Of a DNA stretch of 64,000 nt, positions 1-13,740 are shown in pieces; within the stretch, counting starts at the first letter, position 1; each line of letters opens with the position of its first letter. Under the pieces are notes generated by a model, which searched no databases, had not been told where the DNA came from, and saw nothing but the letters and a program-made list of their open reading frames with translations. Made by a program: the position numbers and the translations under genes. This stretch comes from Octopus vulgaris (lineage: Eukaryota), in the NCBI GenBank assembly GCA_951406725.2, contig OX597822.1:80042001-80106000 (forward strand). Direction: 5' to 3'.

Positions 1-40
<40 letters not shown>

Positions 41-544
41 TGCGTATGTTGCGTTTGTCTGCCCTCCAAAGTTTGAAAACTGATGCTAGTTTGTTCACAT
101 CCAATAACTCGCGGTTCGGCAAAAGAGACCGATAGAATAAGCACTGGGACCGATTCGTTCGGTGCCTCAGCTTGGTCGCAGTTTAGTAACCGAAACCAGT
201 ATAAAGAAAAGTACATCAGATGTTACAATGGGAGCCTATACTCACAACAAAAGATTTCGTGGAAGGCCTCATGTTATATACATCAAGCAATTATTACCAG
301 AAGATATCGGAAAATCTGTTGTCATGAGCGATAGTAACATTCTATTTCATTTGTAGAACCTGAAGAAAATCATGTTTCCGAGGGACATTATTTTATGTTG
401 ACGCCACCTGAAAATCCCCGAATAAATAGAATCGTTGTATGAAGATTAATGAGAATCGTCTGTGGAGTTTGAACCGTATTTTTTGTTAGACACGAAAAGA
501 GATTTTAAGCAGAAGTGAAATGACAGTTTCTACTAAAGGCTCAA

Positions 545-1512
545 AATTTGAAGTTTTGTGGGAGTTGGGACTAATCGATTCCATCGATCCCAGTACACAA
601 CTAGTACTTATTTTATCGACCCCCAAAAGGATGAAAGGTAGATGCAGGGGCATTTGGACGGCAGTGGAACGGAGACATTTGTCGGCGGCATTTGAGCAAA
701 AAGCCGCTAAGCATTTCATCCGACAAATATATATGTGACGTTGATCTCACCGCCCCGCTTATAATATTCTTTCCTGCCATAGGCACTGGGACAGAATTTT
801 TTTTTGTGGGGACCTAATCGATGACATCCCCCAGTGTTCAACTGGTACTTAATCTATCGACCCCGAAAGCATGAAACGCGAAGTCGACTTCGGTGGCATT
901 TGAAACCAGAACGTAAAGACGAACGAAATTTCGTTAAGCATTTCATACGGTGTGCTAACAATTGTCGCAGGTCGTTGCCTTCAACAGACAACAAATATAA
1001 ACATGACGTTGATCTCCCCTTCCCCGTTTATGATATTCTTTTCTAGTACAGGTGCAGGGACTAAAAACTTTGGGGGTGGGGTTGGGCTTACTAATCGATT
1101 ACATCGACACCAGTTTTTAACTGGTACTTATTTTATTGACCCCAAATGATGAAAGGCAATGTCGAACAGCTGATGAGACTCGAACCTAGGAATATATTTG
1201 TAGGAGTTCAGCTAAAGTAAATCACAACGAAGAGTGTAACCTATACATGGTCACCCCATCTGTTAGAAATAGCAGTCAAAAGGCTAGAAAAAATTAAACC
1301 CTAAAATATTCTTTTCTACTCTTGGCACAAGGCTCGAAATTTGTGGGGAGGGATCCAGTCGATTAGATCGATGCCAGTATGCAACTGGTACTTAATTTAT
1401 CGACCCCGAAAGGATGAAAGATCTCAGTGAAATTTGAACTGAGAACGTAAAGACAAACGAAACACCGCTAAGCATTTCGCCCGCTGTGCTAACGTTTCTG
1501 CCAGCTCGACAC
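545..1512 (-). mobile_element. Cluster of four degenerate copies of tRNA-derived SINE family A
   Basis: Repeated motif actggtactta...tatcgaccccgaaaggatgaaaggc at ~600, ~840, ~1120 and ~1385; reverse complement of the copy at 28480. Confidence 0.8.
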
Positions 1513-2029
1513 CTTAGAAACCCTAAAATAGTGAAACATTGTTTCTGAGATCGAAACCGGATCGATGAGAGTCAAAAGTTTTTCATCATTGTTGTGCAGT
1601 GTAAGAGATGAGGATCTAAAGAGTAATATACCAATAAGGGAAACTGATACATGGTCGTCCTATTTATTAAAATAGCAACGAGATCTCCCTCATATCACAT
1701 CGCATCAGCTTTAAGACGAAGACAAATATAATGCGATTGAAGCAAATATTAAGACTTCTTCTGCTAAGAATGTTGTCGAAAGATCTGTTTTATAGACAAT
1801 AATCTGAAACGAAAATGAATATGAAAGTTAAAAACTAAAACTATTTTGGGTGAGGTAAATAAGATTGTGTGATGTTCAGGTCTTTATCATGATCCAAATC
1901 AGAGTAACCGTAGTTAACTTCTTTCAGTCGGGAATTGAAACCAGCCCAGAGTCAGGTACACCTGAAGAATTTATTCCTTTGTTTTTTTGTATGGTCAGCC
2001 ATTATGTCTCCACTCTTTGCCAAATGAAG

Positions 2030-2300
2030 ACTCGCGGCGCGCAGTAGTTACGGTGTTGCACTCGCAATCGTAAAAATTGTGGTTTCGATTCTCAGACCGG
2101 GGCGGATGTTGTGTTGTTGAGCAAATCACTTCGTTTCACATTGCTCCAGTCCACTCAACTGTAAGTTAGTTCTAGTAATATTTGGGAAGTTAACCCTGCA
2201 AGGGACCAGCATCGTGTCCGGTGGAAGTGCGAAGTTTGAGGTCTTGGTTACTCTTTCGTCGTGGAAACCGGGTAAAACATCGGCCCATGATAAATCTAAG
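2030..2300 (+). mobile_element. Degenerate tRNA-derived SINE
   Basis: A-box-like ggcgcgcagtagtta and B-box-like ggtttcgattctc, followed by a ttgagcaaatcactt body. Confidence 0.6.
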
Positions 2301-2574
2301 TCTTATTTGTCTGGTATTACCTTTTACGAATAAGGACGGGTGAAACCTACAATGGGCAGGAATTGAACCTGATAAAATGTATGATCAAAGTGGAGTTCTT
2401 GCTTAACCTTGATGTTACCCTTCATCAAGAATAACTACTTTCTTGACAGTTTATTTCGAACGATATTATCCAAGGCATTCTTCCTTTTCAAGACATGTAA
2501 AGTATGATTTGAGGGGGTGGGTTTCGCAGCTAATTGTAAGAGGTAGAGTCACTATGCAGATATCGTTTACCTTT

Positions 2575-2945
2575 GTCGTGTTTCAGTCACTGGGATGCGG
2601 CCCTGATGGGGAGGGGGGTAACCTTCAAAAGGTTTAGACAAACAAAGCGATCCCAGTACTTTTTTTAAGGCCGATACTTATTCTATCGATCGCTTTTGCC
2701 CGAAGCGTTAAGTTACGTGCATGTAAACTAACATCGGTCGCTAAGTGATGCGGGGATGGGAGAAACGCAAACACGAAGCCTCTCCTACATAAATATATTC
2801 GAGGGCTTCCACGCAGTTTCCGTCCGCCAAATTTACAAGGCTCGGGGCTGCATTAGAAGACAGCCGACCGAGTTGCTAAGCAATGGAAGTGAACCCGAAA
2901 TTGTGGGATTACAAAGCGAGCTTCTTTGACACAGAGCCATGATTG
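2575..2945 (-). mobile_element. SINE family B, degenerate
   Basis: Similar to the 41645-42089 copy (tttcagtca...tacttattctatcg...cagtttccgtc). Confidence 0.65.
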
Positions 2946-3154
2946 CCGCTAGAAAGATATCAGAGAAAAGATCAAACAAGAAAAATAACAACAAAAAAAC
3001 ATATGAAACATTTTCAACAATAATTTGTGCTTGAACAGTTATAGGTTCAGGGTCTACTGGCAACGTTCATTGATGTAAAAATATATTTCCTAATCTGATT
3101 AATTAGAGATTTCGAATGTTGACGCAAGAAAATATCACCATTACTAAATATCGT

Positions 3155-3365
3155 AAGGCAGGGAGCTAACAGAATCGTTAGCATGCCGGTCAAAGTGCTT
3201 ATTGGCATTTCGTCCTTCTTCATGTTTCGAGTTCAAATTCCACCGAGGTCGACTTTGCTTTCCATCTTTTTCGGGTTTGATAAAATAATTACCAGTTGAT
3301 TACTGAAGGTCGATGTAATCGAATTACCCTTCTTAAATTGCTGGCGTTGTGCTAAAATTTGAAAC
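3155..3365 (+). mobile_element. SINE family A
   Basis: ggcagggagctaacagaatcgttagc...gagttcaaattccaccgaggtcgactttgc. Confidence 0.8.
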
Positions 3366-5204
3366 CAATACCGTTCCATATTTGTAATATTGTGATTTAG
3401 TGCATTTGCGACATTAAGGGAAAACAATAAAGAACTCCATTCGTGGAGTTATACATCATTGCGAACGTCGAAATGAATCTAACCTTGCCACGCTGGACAT
3501 TAGTATGTACTGTTTATGTATAGAATTTGAGTTTCACTCATGCGCGAAATCATGAAGTTACCGTGAAAGATTTCAACATTAAGTTCTTAAATAGTTGTAA
3601 ATGCAAAGAGAATCACCAAAATAGCAAAGAATTATTGAAACGTTTTGTGTATGTATGTGTTGAATTACACGAGTAATGTAAGTTAAATATATAATGAGGA
3701 TCAGGTTTTAAATATTCGAAATTCCCACAAATAATTAATCTAAATTGTAGATGATCTGATATAAGTTTCGTGTAAAATAAGAAATATGCAGTTACTAATT
3801 AAAATAGAGTAAAAAAAAAAACAAGCGAACAAAAGCTATGATTATTTATCCTCATACATGAATAATGATTAAAAAAAAGATAAATGTTATGAATTAAATG
3901 TTTGATTTTATGTGTCAGAGTGTGCACAGGTAAGAACAGTCTAATGAAATAACTTAATCATCTACTTTACCTGGCATCATTGAAATTTTAAAAGGTATAT
4001 CGGACCATCTTATCCCAGCGTGTAGCTTCTTTGGTTTGAAGTAATGATCTGGACGCGATTATAAAACAAACTAAAATCTCAAATTGTCAGTGGGATTTTG
4101 AAGGAAGAGGTCAGCTAATGAAGGTGGTCGTGGTGGTAATGGAGGTGGTGGTCAGATGTGGGTGCGGTGAGTAGGCGTACTAGTTGTTAGCTGTTTCTTA
4201 CTTTCTTTTTCTTTTCCTTTATTAATGTTGTGATGCATGGGGCGTGCGAGAGAAGACCGAAGGTGAGTTGTTCAAATATTTAACCCACAGCAGCAACAAC
4301 AACAATAATAATAACATTAATAATACTGATAATAATAATACTTTGTTTATTAGCTACCGGTATTTGAAAGATACAATAAGATCCAAAGTTTAGCAGGTTC
4401 TTCCAAAGACATTTATATGTGTGTGTGTAGTGGTGATAGGGGTTGGGGTGGGACAAACAAGTTATAGCAAAGTAGGCTGAAGGGTGAAAAACGTTATACA
4501 ATTAAATAGGTGTAAGTTAAAATCTGTAATTATCCTGTTATCGTACTATTAATTTCAGCCAGAGGCTGTGGCCATGCTTGGGCTGCGTAGAATAATATTA
4601 AAGATACCTAACAGTACAACAATTGAAACAAAATATACTCGAAATATAATTAATAAAACAATAGCAAAAAAAAAACAGGGTTCTCGCTAACAAATGAGTT
4701 ACAAATCACTGGCTAAATCGAGTTTAGAACCCTCATCAGTATTGTTCGTACTGCAGCTACGCACAGTACAAGGTGAGCGTAAACAATTCCTTTGTGGGCT
4801 GTTGTAGGAAACAACCCATGCCTTCAGGTGTAGGTTGTTTTATTTTATCATTATTACCTTTTATTTTTACTAACATCCTCTCCTTTGAGTGTTTTCATGT
4901 TCCAGCCTTATTGTTTTTCTTTAGTGTTCCACATTCGCACTCCCTGCAAAACTGTCGCATCACAAATGTATTATTTTTACCCAACAGATCTTCGTTTGAT
5001 GTTCAAAACATTATGATTTCATCGTTCTTAGTCATCATCATCATTGATGTTCTAAAGAAGGGTGTCATTGCTGTTCTGATGCAGGTGCCCTTCCACACTT
5101 TACTTCTCTTTTTGGGGCTTCTTTTTTTCTCCTTTCCTCCTGGTAAGTTTTCTTCGACAGTTTACCCTCTACCTTTTACTTGTTTCAGTCATTAGAATGC
5201 GGCC

Positions 5205-5412
5205 ATGAACAAAGTCTCTCCCCATGTTGGACCGCTGCACACTACACTTTTTCTTTCATTCTCTATTTATTTTTTTCTTATTCCTTTCTATTGAAGAGCG
5301 TAGGCTGGAAACGTAAACGTAAAATACTTTCTCACTTTCCTGTGCGTGAAAGTAAAACATTTGCTTGTTGTTTCTATACCTGTCTTCGTATTTTGCTATT
5401 CAATAAATTTGA

Positions 5413-5417
<5 letters not shown>
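5205..5417 (+). mobile_element. PLE-type pLTR fragment with decayed hammerhead (~5285-5318)
   Basis: ctattgaagagcgtaggctggaaacgta resembles CUGANGA-stem II-GAAAC-GUA; the tail ends in (TA)n and resembles the reverse complement of 37929-38012. Confidence 0.5.
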
Positions 5418-5446
<29 letters not shown>

Positions 5447-5912
5447 CTATGATGTTCTTTCAACTTCTGTATACCATATCCACTCACAAAGCTTTAATTG
5501 ATCCAAACCTAAAATAAAAGACACTTGCTCAAGATGCCATGCAGTGGGACTGAACCCAGAACCATGTGGTTGGGAATACCACACAGCCTCACCGGTATGG
5601 AGGTAGTTTATTTTCATGTTCCCATCAATTCCTCTTCGTCATAAAGCAATGGAATACTGTTGCTGTCTCCTTCTTCTTCTTATCAGGATTCACGCCATTA
5701 GTCACAAATAATAATCTCTAATTCGAGCCTACTCTAAGCTACTAAGAATGCGTGTGGCAACTTGAAGATCCACCCACCACACGCGATAGACGGTGTCTTC
5801 GAACGGGTGGAGAGCTGAATCATCCTGTGGTACAGAGGATTCGCAATCTAGACTAGGGTCTGAAAGTTTACCACACCATAGTGGGTTAAACCATGGTTCC
5901 TCTGCTTTGTGG

Positions 5913-6107
5913 CAGAAGTAGGAAGAAAGAGTGAGAGAAACTTGTGGTGACAGAGTACAGCGGGATTCACCACTACCTCACGCCGGAGCCTCGAGGAACT
6001 TAGGTGTTTTTGCTCAATAAACACTCACAATGCCCGGTCTGGGAATCGAAACCGCGTTCTTACGACCGCGATTCCGCTGCTCTAACCACTGGGCCATTGC
6101 GCCTCCA
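5913..6107 (-). mobile_element. SINE family C (tRNA-like head)
   Basis: Reverse complement tggaggcgcaatggcccagtggttagagc...ggtttcgattcccagaccgggc; other copies at 29305, 33795 and 48974. Confidence 0.85.
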
Positions 6108-6688
6108 TTACTTTTGCTGTTGCTCGCTATTGCTGTGGGGACTGTAGTTTGTTAGTGTTGCTCCTAAGACAAAGACGAGGTGACAGCGCTATCAGTTCCG
6201 AAACTTTGACCAGCGCTATTATTAAAAGACTAGTTTCAAAAACCTGGCTTTGGCCTTATTCCTTTCGTTTTTCTTTTTAACTCGTCGGGGTAGAAAGTCC
6301 TCAAATGGATTTTGGTGTCATTTTTAAAACAGAGCTGGGATTTCTGCCCTACGTTGTGCAGTTTCCTAGTTTAACTTTCTGCACCCATAATGAGGAAAAA
6401 CTCCAGAATGGGTCTGTGGTTTTAAGGGTTTTTGCATCGACTCCAGAGCACAACTGGTACTTATTTCATCGACCCCGTTAAGATGAAAGGCAAAGTCGAT
6501 CTCGGAGGAATTTGAACGCAGAATGTGAAGGCGAACGAAATGCCGCTAAGCATTTTGTCCCGTGTGCTAACGACTCTGCCAACTCACAACTTTGAAGTAC
6601 AATTTGGTTATTGCAAGATGGATGGGAACCAAAAGTATATCAAGGAAAAGTATATCAGATGTTCTAAAGACTCTACCAATTTCCGTCC

Positions 6689-6726
<38 letters not shown>

Positions 6727-7742
6727 AAATCCTTTCTAATATAGGTACAAGGCTTGATGTTTTGGGAAGGGGGGCAGTCGGTTACATTGACCGCTAAGCA
6801 TTTCGCCCGGCGTGCTAACAAGCTCGCCGCCTTAATGATAATAAAAATAATATTCTCTGAGGAAATAAGAAGAATTTAAGAAGGCCCTTTCAACACTTGA
6901 AAGATTATTGAAAGTTTGTGGATATCTAAGGTTACAAATAGTAACCCGCTACCCACATAAATTATTAGGGGAGTAAGATCAAGCCTGAATGAAATCGAAT
7001 AATAATAATAACGTTGTTATTGAAAAATGTAACGATTTTAAACGTCGACAAGAGACGACGTATTTTTGTCTGGGGTTGGGCAGGGATGTAAGCAGAATCA
7101 GCCAAATCTAACCCAGTACTTAACAGGTTGTTTTGCTTGATCAACCCCGGAAAATGTAAGGAGCGGAATCAACTTTGTCGACCAAATTCCCTCACAAGGC
7201 TTTGGTCAGTCCGAGGCTATAGCAGGAGACACTTGCCCATGGTGGGACAGAAACCGAAATCATGTGGCTGGAGTAGAAAACTTCTTACCTAACAGCCACA
7301 CACACCACAATTTGAGGTGAGAAATAAAAAAATGAAGCTAGTGAAAGGCGTGGGAGAAAATAGTTAGATTATTAAAAGCTTTCTCATGCTCTTTCTTTCT
7401 GTATCTCTCTCACTTTCTCTTTTCTCCTTCATCTCTTCGTATTGCTCCCTCTCATCACTCACTCATACATTCTATAACACTTATTCTTCTCCTAATTAAC
7501 CTTCCCCACTAAATATCTCTCCCACACATAACTCTCACTCTCTCCCTATGTAACCAACTCTCTATTTACTTGCTCCACCTTCGTCTCCTTATTCCAACCT
7601 CTTACCACTCCTCTTTTTTCCCCACCACGTCTTTCTCTTTTATTCTTCCGCTGTATATCTCATTTTCTTCATCCCATTTTCTTACCATTTTCTTTCTCCC
7701 CACTTTACGCTTCCATTTAAATCTTTTTTTCTCCGCCCCACC

Positions 7743-7794
<52 letters not shown>

Positions 7795-8059
7795 ACATTC
7801 TTCCTCGTTGTCTCACTTTCTGTTTCTTTTTGGCTTTCACCCTTTCTTTTTCTCTCCTCAATTCTTTTCAGTCCTTCTGCTCAACATACACACACTTACA
7901 CACAGGCGCGCACACACACACATACGTATATGTTTATACGTATGTGTGAGTGTGGGTATGTATGTACATATATCTATATGTATATTTATATGTGTATATA
8001 TATCTCTGGACATGTGTAGGTGCATGTGCATAAAGATATACGTATATAATATATTTATA

Positions 8060-8063
8060 TGCA

Positions 8064-8101
<38 letters not shown>

Positions 8102-8155
8102 ATATTTATATATAAAACATATATTTATATATAAAACATATATTTATATATAAAC

Positions 8156-8196
<41 letters not shown>

Positions 8197-8280
8197 ATAT
8201 ATATATATATAAAACATATATTTATATATAAACATATGTATATATATATATATATATAAAACATATATTTATATATAAAC

Positions 8281-8325
<45 letters not shown>

Positions 8326-8423
8326 ATATTTATATATAAACATATGTATATATATATATATATATAAAACATATATTTATATATAAACATATGTATATAT
8401 ATATATATATATATACATATATA

Positions 8424-8457
<34 letters not shown>
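8060..8457. repeat. Compound TA-rich minisatellite (aaaacatatatttatatataaacatatg + (TA)n units)
   Basis: Repeated units are directly visible. Confidence 0.9.
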
Positions 8458-8458
<1 letters not shown>

Positions 8459-8848
8459 TTTGATACTTTGATACTTTGATAGGTTTCGGCCATTATTGGC
8501 CCAGGTCATGTCTAACTTAATAGCACCACCTGGTGAAGTCTTTCAAGTCAGAATTTGGGCACTATGGCCCACTCAAGTAGAGTTATTGCTTACAGAGACA
8601 TATCCGGGTGTAGGGGGTTTATCCGGGATTTCTTGAAGGAATCTGTCCAAAGACTTCTTGAACCCTATAGGGTCAGTTTCTGTTTTAATGTGTTTTGGTG
8701 TAATGTTAAAGAGAGCGGGGCCAATTGAGGTGAAATAATTGTGCCGTATTGTTGTTATGAGATGAGAGTGCGATTTTTGTTTTGGGCGGATGGCACGGGG
8801 CCCAAGCCTTGGATGTACCTTAAAGGTGATGCCAACATCATTTGGGCA
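8458..8848 (-). mobile_element. CR1-group LINE 3' end (ORF2 C-terminus, 3'UTR and (ATCAAAGT-like)n tail)
   Basis: ORF 8573-8869 FTSIGPALFNITPKHIK...FKKSLDRFLQEIPDKP is a typical ORF2 C-terminus; tandem atactttg x3 at 8455-8480. Confidence 0.8.
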
Positions 8849-9098
8849 TATATAAACATATATAAACATATATATATATCAATATATATACACATAAATA
8901 TTTATATATAAACATATATATATATCAATATATATACACATAAATATTTATGTATAAAATATATTCATATACACACAAAAACATATATATATATACATGC
9001 TTTCGGTGAATATATACATACACACATACACACACATATATATATATATATATATACTTCTATGTTTGTATGTATATATATATATATATTCACAGACA

Positions 9099-9139
<41 letters not shown>

Positions 9140-9143
<4 letters not shown>

Positions 9144-9401
9144 CTTCTTTTTCTCTTTCTTCTTCTTCTTCACCGCCTCCTTCCTCGGCTACTATTGCTG
9201 CTTACACAATCAAAACCAAGAACTAATATGAAATATTCTTTTATGTCTGCTACTACCTACTACCAAGCCCACAAGTGTAAAAAAGAGAGTAAGAGACAGA
9301 AAAAAGGAAACAATTAACCTTGTATTTGAAAACAATGGAAATAATGTAAAACAAAAACATATTTAATTTTTCCACAATTTAATTGTTTTTCATGCTTTAC
9401 T
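9140..9401 (+). mobile_element. PLE pLTR fragment, same family as ~37540-37770
   Basis: Shares tctgctactaccta and cacaatttaattgtttttcatgctttact with the 37-kb element. Confidence 0.7.
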
Positions 9402-10740
9402 GTGTCCATGCGCCCCCAGTGACCTCCCCCTCCCACATCCACGACATTAACCATGCTCTCCGTCTTTTTAACTCTTTCTCTTCCTTCTTGATATCAAGAA
9501 TCTATATACGGTGATCCCACACAACGAAGAACTTCTTGCACTCAAACACTTCCTAGGCATTTGACCCAACCTCAGCTTGACACTTCTTCGTCTGGCCGAA
9601 CTTGTTCTGTCCTTCATCTGCTTCTCTTTCGTGGGGGATTTTTACCAACAGGTCTTTTGGGTGGCCATGGGAACGGAAATGGGCCCCAACTATGCGAACT
9701 GTCCGTTAGCTATGTTGAGGCCCAAATATTGTCTATATTCCCTGGTCCCACTCCCGAACTATATGGTTGTTATATTCAGGACTGTATTAGTGCGACCTCA
9801 CTCTGCCGCGAACAACTAGACTCCTTCCATTCTGCCCTCAAATTCTCTTGCACTATTTCAAACACTTCCGTCGCATTTCTCGACATTTCTGTCAGAATAC
9901 ATCCCTCCGCTCTCACTATCTCCCACACGTATACCTTAACTTCTCCTCCTCTCACCCTATACACACCAAGCTCTCCATCCCCTACTCCAAATTCCTCCGT
10001 TTTGTGCAGGCTCTGTAGTGACAACCATGACTTTGAGAATCAGTCTCAACTCATGTCTCGCCACTTCATCCTTCATGGCTATCCCCTCACCACTATACAC
10101 ACAGCCCTCGCCATGGCACGTTTCGTGGATCGTACTTCTGCTCTCTCTCTTCCTGCACCCACTCCACCGTTGCCCGTCTCCCGTTTCCCCTTACTTAGCA
10201 TTTCTCCACCCTGCACCTCCAACGCACCATTCTCCGAGTCTTCCATGACTCCAGTCTGAATCCACCACCTCGCACATCTTCCCCAAACTACCCTTCCCTC
10301 CTTCAAACAAGTCCGCAACCTGGCTCGTTTCCCAGCTCCCATCCACACTGCTGCACTTGCCTCTACCTCTCCAACATCACCATCCTCACAGGCACTCATC
10401 AGTGTCCGTATCATATCACCGACTCCTTTACCTGCACTTCTAGCAACATCATTTACTGCATTTCCTGTGCTTTCTGCCCTTCTTTGTACAACGGTGAAAC
10501 GGGATGCCGCTTAGCTGACCGATTCGCGAAGCACCTCCGAGATATCAGACTCGGCGATGACACCCTGGTCTCGCGCCTTTTCCGATTTACCTGTTATTCA
10601 CTATAACACTTCTCTGTGTTCGAACTGTCTTTGCACAGGGGCCATCCGGTCTCCTGCCTTCCCCGTGAACAGGAATTAATATTCTCTCTTCGCTCCTTTG
10701 CTCCACATGGGCTCAACACCCCTCCCCTATTAATCTGACT
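9402..10740 (+). mobile_element. Degenerate 5'-truncated Penelope-like retroelement (RT + GIY-YIG pseudogene)
   Basis: Across frames: DIKNLYTVIPH, FYQQVFWVAMGTEMGPNYAN, FLDISV, SNIIYCISCAFCPSLYNGETGCRLADRFAKHL, REQELIFSLRSFAPHGLN. Confidence 0.9.
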
Positions 10741-11279
10741 TCTCTCCTCTCCTGTCTTTATCTGACACCTACTTCCTCTCTTCACTCCTACACGCATTTT
10801 CTCTCCCATCGTCTTCTGCCACTTACTGCCTCTCTTCTCTCCTGCCCACCCTCTCTTTTCATCCACCCACACTCCACAACCAAACACCCCAATCCTAAAC
10901 CCACGCCAAGCAAATATATATATATGTATTTGTTTGTCGCCCACCCCCAACCACCATCCTTCAAAACCGATGCTGGTGTGTTTACGTCCCCGTAACTTAG
11001 CGGTTCAACAATATAGGCTGATAGAACAAGTACTAAGCTTACAAAGAATAAGTCCTGGGGCTGATTGGTTCAACTAAAGCTGGTGCTCCAGCATGGCCGC
11101 AGTCAACTGAAACAAAAAAAAATTAAAGAATAATTACTATTTTAGAACTTTGGTAGTTCCAGCAGGATTTCCCCCAATCTTTCAGTTTTTTAGTATTTGC
11201 TTTTAAACATTGATTCTAATAAATACATTTGTGAATATAAATTGCTTCTTCCATATTGGTACTTTCATTCTTTCATAGA

Positions 11280-11575
11280 CCCCAGGACTTATTCTTTGTA
11301 CGCCCAGTACTTATTCTATCGGTGACTTTTGCCGAACTGCTAATTACGGGGACGTAAACACACCGACATTGGTTGTCAAGCAATGGTGGTGGTGAGGCGA
11401 CAAACACAAACATCCAAACACATATTTACGACTGGCTCCGTCTGCCAAATCCATTCACAAGGCTTTGGTCGGCCTGAGGATATAGTAGAAGACATTTGCC
11501 CAAGGTGCTACGCAGTGAGACTGAACCCGGAACCATGTGGTTGGGAAGTAATCTTACCACACAGCTACGCCTGCG
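11280..11575 (-). mobile_element. SINE family B
   Basis: Matches the 41645-42089 copy (head and 3' module). Confidence 0.8.
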
Positions 11576-11874
11576 TCTTATTAAAAAATATTCTTTCTTT
11601 TAATTTTGGTGGAATTAAGATTCAAAAACAAAAAGATGTAACTGTGAGTTTTTGTCCTATTTTGCTCTTTAACTAGGGATGGGGGTTGTCGAATGAGTTT
11701 TTGTCCTACACTTCTTCAAACTGGTGTTGGTTTGTTTACGTTTCTGTCACATAGTAGTTCAGTACATGAGACTTAAAATAAATATTAGACTTTAAAAGCT
11801 ATTAAGCACTGCAGACGATTTTTCGACTAAATCCCATCAAGGCTTGCTCCAACATAATTTATACGAAAGTAAAT

Positions 11875-12085
11875 CACGGCGGGCGAAATGCATAGCAGTA
11901 TTTCGTCTGCCGTTACGTTCTGAGTTCAAATTCCGCTGAGGTCGACTTTGACTTTCATCCTTTCTGGGTCGATAAATTAAGTACCAGTTACGCACTGGGG
12001 TTGGTGTAATCGACTTAATCACTTTTTCTCTCCTTGTTTGTCCCCTTTATGTTTAGCCCCTTGTGGGCAATAAAGAAATAAGGAA
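11875..12085 (+). mobile_element. SINE family A, 5'-truncated
   Basis: Near-identical to 28505-28710. Confidence 0.85.
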
Positions 12086-12317
12086 ATCATAAAAACTGGA
12101 ATATTGTTTGGTGGAATTGTCAATAGTTTAAGCGGAATAAAAATGAAATAAAATAAAGCGATTAACTTAAGAATGAAGAGAAAGTGGAAGAAATATATTT
12201 AAAAAAAGGAATATCGGTGGGGATATGAATGCCATTATAAGGAAAAATCGGAAAAACAATATTGAAAATATATCGGGCACAGGTGCTGGCGTGCTGGTGT
12301 GGTAAGAAGCTTGCTTC

Positions 12318-13740
12318 TGCGCATGAATCGGTTTATTTGCTGTATTAATTATTGAGGAGTCGGACGGAATTTTTTGTGCTGCTTGGCAGCGGGTGTTATA
12401 CCGGTAGAGACAATGTATTCAGACCTTAGCAAGTATGAGCTGTCCTCAGCGGAGGAGGAGCTCGTTAAGGTGGTAAATAGAAAGGATGAGCATTTGGAAA
12501 GAGTAAAGAATTTTGCTGAGGCTGCAGAGGTGAAGAAAGGGGAGGTGGACCTAGCCGGACTGAAGGAGCTGAGTAAGATGACACAGAAGGTGGGCGGGAA
12601 CGTAAAGTTATTACCTCCGAAAAGGGTTATGAGAAATATGGAAAAGATGACCATTACCTACAAGGTGTACTCAGTGGAGAGTAGGAAGGTGGAGCGAATG
12701 GAGATGGAAAAAGTAGAAAAAGCATTGAAGGGGCTTTCAAAAGTAAGTGACATACATAGCGAAAGGAAATGGATATGGGACGGTGGTTGTCCAGTTTAGG
12801 ACAGCGGAGGCGGCAAAAAGGCTGGCGAGTACAACTGTAAAACAGAGGAAGTAGTATTTCTGCCCACGTACCTTGGAAGAAAGACTTCTAAGGTGAGGGT
12901 AGAAGGAATACCACCCGATATAGAAGTGGCTTGGGTTGCGGCAGCCGTCCTCGTTGGAAGTGAGGAGTAGGTGGCTGTCTTCCAAGCCACGGAAACGGAG
13001 GATGGAGGAAAAACACTGGACCTCATTATACAGGCAGAGGAGAGATAATTGGAGAGTTTGGCGGAGACGGTGACGTTGGAAGAGATTGTGTTAAGAGTGT
13101 GGGTGGAGGGCAGAATCCCACGATGTTTTAAGTGTGGCCAAAAGGGCTACATTAGAGCGTACTGCCCTCTACAGAGGAGAACGACAGAAGAAGAGGTGGT
13201 GGAGACGGAGGAGAAAAGGAAACAGTATAGATAGATGGAAGGAACACGGGGGCTGAATGGACTGTGACAGAGAATAAAAGGAAAAAGAGAAAGAAGAGGA
13301 AGAACAGGCAGTGTGATGTGGGACCCCAGACCAACTCCATCCCATCCGATACCACTCAGACCCACCCTCCCCATACAGACACCAAACCACCCAACCTCTC
13401 TCCCCGCAGGAAAAAAGAAGAAAGAACAGGCACCACAAAATTTACAAGGCCCCTACCCCGGTGAAAAGTTTATGTGTACATGGAGGAGAGAGTGTCGTCA
13501 CTCAGCGATGGGGAAAACGGTAAACGAAAGACTAGATCAAAGACTAAAGAGGACTCAGGACTCAGAGGTAGCGAGTGAGGTTACTCAGTATGCGGTGAGT
13601 AACACACTTTGCATATTCTCATTTCTCAGTTATCATTCATGTATCATTTTTTTAGTATTTTGATTTTAATTGTTATATGTCCCGGCATGTGTTGTAGTGT
13701 CCCCCCTGTGTAATGCCTTTATGGCAATTTAAAAGAAATA
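12318..13740 (+). mobile_element. ORF1/gag-only non-LTR retroelement (L1/Tx1-like ORF1), 14-bp TSD
   Basis: TSD aagaagcttgcttc at 12304-12317 and 13741-13754; A-rich 3' end; no RT or endonuclease motifs seen inside. Confidence 0.8.
12413..13464 (+). pseudogene. Disrupted gag-like ORF1 with RRM-like segment and zinc knuckle
   Basis: MYSDLS..., VVVQFRTAEAAKRL...LPTYLGRKTSKVRVEGIPPDI, VEGRIPRCFKCGQKGYIRAYCP (CCHC knuckle with H>Y); frameshifts and a stop. Confidence 0.75.

Noticed and set aside
1168-1192. ctgatgag as a hammerhead core
   Set aside because: No stem II followed by GAAA and no stem I; it lies in a decayed SINE.
7570-8390. Long ORFs rich in YI/CV/HT repeats (also at 23.5, 32.3, 44.5, 46.2, 48.8, 57.4 and 62.3 kb)
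   Set aside because: Translations of (TA)n, (CA)n and (TACA)n microsatellites, with no protein-like content.
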